DNA from: Candidatus Sysuimicrobiota bacterium | Lineage (GTDB): Bacteria; Sysuimicrobiota; Sysuimicrobiia; Sysuimicrobiales; Sysuimicrobiaceae | Length of the DNA stretch: 12,109 bases | Assembly (NCBI GenBank): GCA_040289515.1 | Contig: PSLI01000048.1 | Location: 1-12,109 of the forward strand | Reading direction: 5' to 3' | Shown: piece after piece, positions 1-5,344 of the stretch | Layout of the letters: every line of letters begins with the position of its first letter | Position numbering within the stretch: position 1 is the stretch's first letter | Notes under the pieces: model-generated | The model's input: only the letters and a program-made list of their open reading frames with translations | Told to the model about the DNA's origin: nothing | Databases searched by the model: none | Made by a program: the position numbers and the translations under genes

Positions 1-504
1 GGCGGCCAGCACCGCTGCCGCGCCCACCGGGCCGGCCACGGCGCCCACCTGGTCCAGCGCCTCGTGCAGCCCGAAGGCGCGCCCGGGGCCCAAGCGCATG
101 GCCGCGTGCGAAAGCAAAGCGTCGCGGGACGGGGTGCGCAGGGCCTTGCCGGCACGTTCAAGGACCACGAGCAGGCCTGCGACCTCCCACCGGCCCGCGA
201 GAGCGAGGGCGGGGACCGCCGCGAGGTTGGCGGCGTAACCCCACACCGTCAAAGCCCAGTAGCGGCGGGTGCGGTCCGCCAGCCGTCCGGACAGCAGCCG
301 CAGAACGTACCCCACGAACTCCCCGAAGCCGGCCACGAACCCTACGGCGGTGGCGGACGCGCCCAGGGCCAGCAGGTACGGGCCCAGCAGGGCACGCGCG
401 CCCTCGTACGTGGCGTCCGCCAGCAGGCTCACCAAGCCCATCAGCACGACGAACCTGGCCGCACGGGCAGGCCTGAAGGATACCGCGGGGCTGCGGGACG
501 TCAT
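1..504 (-). CDS. MFS transporter (N-terminal 168 codons; runs off the left edge)
   Basis: My translation from ATG at 504: MTSRSPAVSFRPARAARFVVLMGLVSLLADATYEGARALLGPYLLALGASATAVGFVAGFGEFVGYVLRLLSGRLADRTRRYW...LERAGKALRTPSRDALL...AFGLHEALDQVGAVAGP. Contains MFS motif A (GRLADRTRR) and hydrophobic helices. GGAG lies 5 nt upstream, and the ATG overlaps the upstream gene's TGA (ATGA, 501-504). Not in the ORF track because its stop is outside the window. Confidence 0.92.
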   Translation of the reverse strand, partial: MTSRSPAVSFRPARAARFVVLMGLVSLLADATYEGARALLGPYLLALGASATAVGFVAGFGEFVGYVLRLLSGRLADRTRRYWALTVWGYAANLAAVPALALAGRWEVAGLLVVLERAGKALRTPSRDALLSHAAMRLGPGRAFGLHEALDQVGAVAGPVGAAAVLAA

Positions 505-1361
505 CCCAGCTCCAGCGACGACCCCAGGGGGCCCGGCCGCACGCGGAATTCAACGCGACCTTCGTCGGGGTCCCGACCGTGGAAGGCCTGCAGCGCCCGC
601 AACCAGCTGGTGGCCTGTTCCGGAGTGAGGCCTTCGTGGCGGAAGCGGTAATCGTGTCTGCGGACCAACTCCGAGAGGTCCGCTTCCAGCTGCAGCACGG
701 CTTGGCGGTATGAGGCGGCCAGGTCCCGGACGGCTTCCTCCGAGCGCGCCAGGGAGCTGGCCAGGAGCAAGTGGGGCAGGCACAGGGCTGCCGGACCCGA
801 CAGCGCACGGCGCAGTTCCGGGTCGCTCGCGTGGTCCGCAACGCTTGCTGCGTACACCTCCTCCATGCGGCGGAGGTGGCGGCACGCAGGACAGGAGGCG
901 GAAGGACGGAGGGACGACCACAGGGCGCGCGCCAGGCCCCCGCGTCGGCGGCAGAGAAAGGTGTCCAGGCGGGAGCGCAGGCGGCGCAACAGATCGAGAT
1001 ATGTAATGGCGACCCCGAGGACCGGGTGACGCTGCGCAGGCAGCATCCATGCGTGCTGCGGGCAGAAGCCCCAGGCAGCCCGAAGCTCCTCCCTCGTTCC
1101 TGGGTCGTTCACCCGCTCGTACAGGAAGGTGTCCAGGAACCTGTGCACGGCGTGATGAGCCAGGCGGCAGACCGGGCATCCCCCGAGCGACAGTGCCTCG
1201 CGAACCCTGGCCAGGACAAGGTCGTCCCGCCGACCCGGTCGGCCTATGGGAGCGCGCCTTTGGGCCTCCGAGGGGGAAACCACCGAATCGTCTGCGGAGC
1301 CCTCCCAGGATGCACTCCGCACCCGTTGCCGCCGACCTACCCACCTGGTGAAGAAACCCAC
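501..1361 (-). CDS. DUF6062-like protein with duplicated CxxC...CxxH motifs (about 286 aa)
   Basis: Within ORF 501..1649. Start moved to GTG at 1361, which follows a strong AAAGGAG at 10 nt spacing. Motifs GCPVC...LYERVNDP..R..L....GFCPQH and SCPAC...ALCLPH, plus C-terminal RRHDYRF, are as I recall for DUF6062. Confidence 0.75.
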   Translation of the reverse strand: MGFFTRWVGRRQRVRSASWEGSADDSVVSPSEAQRRAPIGRPGRRDDLVLARVREALSLGGCPVCRLAHHAVHRFLDTFLYERVNDPGTREELRAAWGFCPQHAWMLPAQRHPVLGVAITYLDLLRRLRSRLDTFLCRRRGGLARALWSSLRPSASCPACRHLRRMEEVYAASVADHASDPELRRALSGPAALCLPHLLLASSLARSEEAVRDLAASYRQAVLQLEADLSELVRRHDYRFRHEGLTPEQATSWLRALQAFHGRDPDEGRVEFRVRPGPLGSSLELG

Positions 1362-1431
1362 AGCCCCAGTGCTCCTTTCGGTACCGGTACTTGGTTTACG
1401 CTCAGCCCCTGGCCGGACGGGAGCGTAGGCG

Positions 1432-1446
1432 ATGGTTCCGAACCAT
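1432..1446. promoter_or_regulatory. Perfect 7-1-7 inverted repeat, candidate operator for the DUF6062-MFS unit
   Basis: ATGGTTC-C-GAACCAT, just upstream (minus-strand sense) of a TACGCT -10-like hexamer at 1422-1427. Confidence 0.4.
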
Positions 1447-1670
1447 GGACTTGGCCACGGCCTAGCGCTGGCGAGGAATCTGCTCGAAGACGTTCGCACC
1501 TTTGGGAATCCCGCGGGAAGTCGTGCCGTTCGTGGGGCCCCGATCACCCGGTGTGGGGCTTTCATCCCCTCTCCCGCAGCGGCCCAGGCCGGCTCTCCGC
1601 CGAGTCCCGGTACAACCGCCACGACGCGCAGGCATCGCTGGGAACACACCCCCTCGCCGTTTGCGCGTGT

Positions 1671-2009
1671 TTAAGGGTACCTCTCCCTGGGCGCGGCCAT
1701 CAACTTGTCTGCGGCTTTAAAGACCACCTGCCTGTGGGCCGCCTGCACCGGCGCGAGGAGCAGGGGCACCGTGATCCCGCGGATGAACCATGCCACCACG
1801 CTGCCCGCCCACAGATGGTCCCAGGCACCGCGGGCATGAGTCGCCATCACCAAAAGATCCGGCCGTCCTTCCGCCACCGCCGCGGTGAGGTCGTGCACCA
1901 CCTCATCGCGGCGGACCTCGATGTCTGCAGCTCCTCCAGGGCGGCCCGCGCAGCCTGCGAGGCCAAGTCCAGGACGGCGCCGGTGGCCTGGGGCAGGAGC
2001 ACTCCAGCA
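1671..2009 (-). pseudogene. Universal stress protein (USP) remnant, 5'-truncated and frameshifted
   Basis: One frame gives the USP C-terminal signature PDLLVMATHARGAWDHLWAGSVVAWFIRGITVPLLL. The preceding helix (LLPQATGAVLDLASQAARAALEELQ) is in a different frame, switching near 1925. No N-terminal USP strand or credible start is present. Confidence 0.7.
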
Positions 2010-2034
2010 TGCCACGGATGGCAGGCGGGGTGCG

Positions 2035-2043
2035 TGTTACAGT
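2035..2043 (+). promoter_or_regulatory. Candidate extended -10 promoter (TGnTACAGT) for lnt
   Basis: TGTTACAGT, ending 6 nt before the in-frame GTG at 2050, which has no Shine-Dalgarno sequence. Confidence 0.35.
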
Positions 2044-2049
2044 AATCCT

Positions 2050-4074
2050 GTGCGGCGGCTGGACCCGTTGTTTGCCCGGCCCGGCCAACCGGACCGTGCT
2101 TTGGAGGCCGTTCCAACCCCGCAGGCGCCCCACGCGACCAGGATCCGGTACGGAGCCGCGGCGGCGTCCGGAATCCTGCTGGCTTTGAGCTTCCCGCACC
2201 CCGCCTGGTGGCCGCTCGCGTGGGTGGCGCTTGTGCCGCTGTTCCTGTCCGTGCGGGGGCTTGGGCCTGCCGCGGCGGCGGGGGTGGGGTTTGCGTTCGG
2301 GCTTGCCTTCTACGGCCTCTTGCTCACGTGGCTGGGCAGCCTGGGTTTTCCCGCGTACCTGGCCGTGGTGGTTTTCGCCGCAGGGTACTGTGTGCTGTTC
2401 GGCGTGCTGGCGGCGGCTGCAGGGGGCGGGGGCGGGGACGTGCGGTTCGCGGTAGCCGCGGTTCTGGCGTGGGTGGTGGTGGAGTGGCTGCGCAGCCTCG
2501 GCAGCGCGTCCTTCCCGTGGGGGCTGGTGGGCTATTCCCAGTGGACGAACCTGCCCGTGCTGCAGGTGGCGTCCGTGGGCGGGGCGTACCTGGTGTCCGC
2601 GGTGGTGGTGGCGGCGAACGCAGGCGTGAGCCTGCTGCTGCTGCGCAAGCCCGTGGGGATCCTGTTGCTGATCCCCGCGGCCGTGGCATGGGGTTGGGGC
2701 AGCGAGCGGCTGGTGCGCCTTCAGGCCGAGCGGCGGCCGCAGCTCAACGTGGCCGCCGTGCAGCCCAACCTCCCGCAGCAGCGCAAGCTGGACCCCGACT
2801 TCGCTCCGCAGACCCAGGAGGTCCTCCTGTCCCTCACCCGACGAGCGGTGGCTTCGGGAGCGCGCCTTGTGGTGTGGCCGGAGCACTACTGGCCGGCTCT
2901 CCTATTTCAGGGGGGAGTCCTGGAAGAACGGCTGCGGCGGGCGGTGCCGCAGGGCGTGGCGCTGCTGGCCACGGGCGAGATCGAAGGCCGCCGAAACAGC
3001 GCGGTGGTGGTGGAGAACGGCCAGGTGCTGGGCCGCCACGACAAAGCGCGCCTTGTGCCCCTGGGAGAGTGGTGGGCGAATCCCGGGCCGGGTTACCGTC
3101 CGGTTCCTGCGCCGTGGGGCCCTGCGGGCGTGCTGTTGTGCTACGAGGTCGTGTACGCCGCTGCCGCGCGGGACCTGGTGCTGGGCGGGGCGCGGTATCT
3201 CGTGCACTCCTCGGAGGAGGGGTGGTTCGGCCGGTCCGCAGGACCGGTGCAGCACCTGGGTTTCGCGGTGGTGCGGGCGGTGGAGCTGGGTCGGGACGTA
3301 GTGCGCGCGGCCAGCATCGGGGTATCCGCCGTCATCGACCGCACGGGCAGGCTGCAGGCCACGCTGCCGCAGCTGACGCAGGGCTGGGTGGGCGGAACCC
3401 TCGAGCCGCGCTCTGAGCTCACGCCTTACGCGCGGTGGGGAGACCTGTGGATGTGGCTGGCGGCGGCGACGTTGGCGGTGATGAGCGTGCCCGTGGCGCT
3501 TCCGTGGCTGCGGGGGCGTTTCGTAGCCGCGTTCGCCGTACCGGCGGGTGTGGCCTTGCTAGGGAAAGTGCTCGGGCTCCGGGTGGCCGCAACAGGGGTC
3601 CTGGTGGCGGCCGCGGCCCTGATGGTCTACCCCGACCTGCGAGAGCTGGGGCTGGCGCGGGCCCGACATCTGACGAGCGTGGTGGGCGCCGTGGGCTGTT
3701 CGGCTGCGGCGATCTGGCTTGTGCACGCCGGGTTCGCAGCACAGGAGATCCCGCTGTTCTTTCAGTTGCCAGGGCTCACCACCTTCCTGAGTAGCCTGGT
3801 GGCGGGGTTGGGCGAGGAGCTGTGGCTGCGGGGTGCTCTGCCGGCCGCACTGTCCAGGTACCCCGTCGCAGCCTTTCTTCTATCCGAGGTGGGGACGCTC
3901 TTCCTGTACCCCAAAGCCAGGGGGGAGGTGGTGGCCTGGCACCTGCTGAGCGGGGCGGTGTTTTTCTACGTGCGCCGGCTCACCGGCAGCGTGTGGGGGC
4001 CCGTGCTGGCCCGGGGCCTGGGGGACGCGATTGTGTGGGCGCTTCTGGGTTGGTGGCCCTCCAACCTTGGATGA
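2050..4074 (+). CDS. lnt: Apolipoprotein N-acyltransferase fused to a C-terminal degenerate CPBP (CAAX protease/Abi) domain
   Basis: Lnt membrane-domain motifs (EWLRS..FPWGLVGYSQ, GGAYLVS), VQPN, catalytic triad WPE (2881), K in HDKARLVPLGE (3043) and C in LCYE (3139), GWFG, RAVE.GR..VRA...G.SA.ID..G, TPYARWGD. These are followed by about 200 extra hydrophobic residues with EELWLRG and TGSVW. Start is uncertain (GTG 2050 or TTG 2101); the track's 1885 start overlaps the USP remnant. Confidence 0.9.
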   Translation: MRRLDPLFARPGQPDRALEAVPTPQAPHATRIRYGAAAASGILLALSFPHPAWWPLAWVALVPLFLSVRGLGPAAAAGVGFAFGLAFYGLLLTWLGSLGFPAYLAVVVFAAGYCVLFGVLAAAAGGGGGDVRFAVAAVLAWVVVEWLRSLGSASFPWGLVGYSQWTNLPVLQVASVGGAYLVSAVVVAANAGVSLLLLRKPVGILLLIPAAVAWGWGSERLVRLQAERRPQLNVAAVQPNLPQQRKLDPDFAPQTQEVLLSLTRRAVASGARLVVWPEHYWPALLFQGGVLEERLRRAVPQGVALLATGEIEGRRNSAVVVENGQVLGRHDKARLVPLGEWWANPGPGYRPVPAPWGPAGVLLCYEVVYAAAARDLVLGGARYLVHSSEEGWFGRSAGPVQHLGFAVVRAVELGRDVVRAASIGVSAVIDRTGRLQATLPQLTQGWVGGTLEPRSELTPYARWGDLWMWLAAATLAVMSVPVALPWLRGRFVAAFAVPAGVALLGKVLGLRVAATGVLVAAAALMVYPDLRELGLARARHLTSVVGAVGCSAAAIWLVHAGFAAQEIPLFFQLPGLTTFLSSLVAGLGEELWLRGALPAALSRYPVAAFLLSEVGTLFLYPKARGEVVAWHLLSGAVFFYVRRLTGSVWGPVLARGLGDAIVWALLGWWPSNLG

Positions 4075-4086
4075 CGGCCGCCGGGT

Positions 4087-4125
4087 TTCCACGGGGTCTT
4101 CATACCACCTTCGGGGGCACTTCAC
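4087..4125 (+). promoter_or_regulatory. Four direct repeats at 11-bp period, candidate OmpR/CopR-family binding site
   Basis: TTCCAC-N5-CTTCAT-N5-CTTCGG-N5-CTTCAC starting at 4087, 4098, 4109 and 4120, directly upstream of a copper-type gene cluster. Confidence 0.55.
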
Positions 4126-4156
4126 GCGCACCCAGCAGCCTTTTTCTTTGTAGGTG

Positions 4157-4580
4157 ATGCTGGATGCGCGTGGTTCGGTGGTTCGGTGGATGGGGATGCT
4201 GCTGGCGGCGCTGATGGCATGCGCCGCTGCGGCGCCTGCAGCCCAGCCCGTGCGGGCGACGGTCCGGGACCGGGGAGAAGGCGGGGTCACGGTGACGGCC
4301 ACCTGGCTGGGCGTCGAAGAGGAAGCCCTGAGGTTTCGCGTCAGCCTGGGCACGCACTCCGTGGACCTGTTGGGCCGACGTACAGGCCAACACCGCCCTG
4401 CGGACCGCTCCGGACCGGGAGACCAAGCCCCTGCGGTGGCAGGAGAAGCGTACCAGCGCCCACCACCGCGCGGGGAAGCTCGTGTTCCCGGCTCCCGGTG
4501 CGTGGCCGGAGCGAATGAGCGTTTTGCTCCGCAACCTGGCAGGGGTTCCGGAACGGTTGGGCGAAACGGTAATACGGTGA
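4157..4580 (+). pseudogene. Frameshifted exported protein (THSVDL...HHRxGxLxF type)
   Basis: The first frame gives a signal peptide plus GGVTVTATWL...FRVSLGTHSVDLLG. From about 4377 the +1 frame continues DVQANTALRTAPDRETKPLRWQEKRTSAHHRAGKLVFP...VLLRNLAGVPER to TGA at 4578-4580. The joined protein resembles small uncharacterised exported proteins I associate with metal-resistance clusters. Confidence 0.65.
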
Positions 4581-4590
4581 GGAGGCGGAG

Positions 4591-4902
4591 ATGAGCTGGC
4601 GCGAAGGAGTTGTGGTGGCCCTGGTGGTGCTGGCGGTGCTCCTGGTGGTGCCGGGTCTGTGGATGGCTTTCGGGTGGAGCTGGATGGTGGGCCCCGGCAT
4701 GATGGGCCGCTGGGGCGGCTGGGGCTGGGGAGGTGCCTTGGGATTCCTGCTGCTGGCGCTGCTGGTGGTGGGGGTGGTGCTTGCGATCCTCGGGGCAGCC
4801 CGGCGCGAGCCCGACGGAGCTCTGGAGATCCTTCGCCAGCGCCTGGCGCGGGGCGAGATCACCCCGGAGCAGTACGAGGAGCTGCGCAAGCTGCTGCGCT
4901 GA
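4591..4902 (+). CDS. SHOCT domain membrane protein (103 aa)
   Basis: AGGAGG RBS; two hydrophobic helices separated by a WMVGPGMMGRWGGWGWG loop; C-terminal ALEILRQRLARGEITPEQYEELRKLL is a typical SHOCT domain. Confidence 0.9.
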   Translation: MSWREGVVVALVVLAVLLVVPGLWMAFGWSWMVGPGMMGRWGGWGWGGALGFLLLALLVVGVVLAILGAARREPDGALEILRQRLARGEITPEQYEELRKLLR

Positions 4903-4929
4903 CCGGCCGTCGTCTACCATGGAGGTGCC

Positions 4930-5157
4930 GTGGCCTGGGTCCTCGTGGTGGACGACGACGACACCGTCCGAGACCTCCTGCAGAGGTATCTTGCCCGGCA
5001 GGGGTTCGAGGTCCAGGGGGTTGCCGACGGTGAGCAGGCCCTGCGGGTGATCCTGGACGTCTTGCTCCCGGGCCTGGACGGGCTGCAGGTCCTGCGCAGC
5101 CTGCGGGCGGAGGGAGATCCGTACGGGGTCCTGCTCACCGCCCGGACCGAGGAGCCC
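4930..5157 (+). pseudogene. Response regulator receiver-domain remnant (OmpR-like)
   Basis: GGAGG RBS, then VLVVDDD...GFEV...DGEQALR/VILDVLLPGLDGLQVLRSLR...LLTARTEE. About 9-10 residues are missing between ALR and VILD (the usual xxPDL segment). Homology stops after LTARTEEP, so there is no GADDY..KPF and no DNA-binding domain. Confidence 0.85.
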
Positions 5158-5344
5158 GGAGGGGCGGGACGGCGCGCGCGAGCTGCTGCGGCAGCGCCTG
5201 GCGCGGAGGGAGATCTCCCCGTCGGAGTATCCGGAGCTTGTGCGGAGCCTGCAGGCCACCCGGAAGGCATCCAGGGGGGTCGCACCCATAGCGCTGTGGC
5301 TGCTGCTGGCGTTGCTCCTACTTCTGCTAGTGGCGATGGGCTAG
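5156..5344 (+). pseudogene. Second SHOCT-protein remnant, out of frame with the response regulator
   Basis: My translation: PEGRDGARELLRQRLARREISPSEYPELVRSLQATRKASRGVAPIALWLLLALLLLLLVAMG*. This is a SHOCT motif followed by a TM helix, with no start codon of its own. It shares CAGCGCCTGGCGCGG with the intact SHOCT gene. Confidence 0.65.

Noticed and set aside
1500..1575. Minus-strand GGGGAUGAAAGCCCC hairpin resembling the start of a fluoride riboswitch
   Set aside because: The loop is one base short, and I find no downstream GCUGAUG motif or complementary pseudoknot strand; it also lies about 200 nt from the next start.
1362..1649. N-terminal extension of ORF 501..1649
   Set aside because: Low-complexity translation; a strong RBS supports GTG 1361, and the stretch looks regulatory.
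771..2045. Long alternative ORFs such as 771..2045 (+), 2208..3416 (+), 3880..5289 (-), 9383..10522 (-) and 9829..10779 (+)
   Set aside because: Arg/Gly/Pro/Ala-rich shadow frames of recognisable genes, expected at this GC content, with no family motifs.
1885..2049. N-terminal extension of the lnt ORF
   Set aside because: Overlaps the USP remnant on the opposite strand and has no Lnt-like character.
4130..4152. T-rich run (CCTTTTTCTTTGT) after lnt as an intrinsic terminator
   Set aside because: No convincing GC stem immediately precedes it; more likely part of the downstream promoter region.
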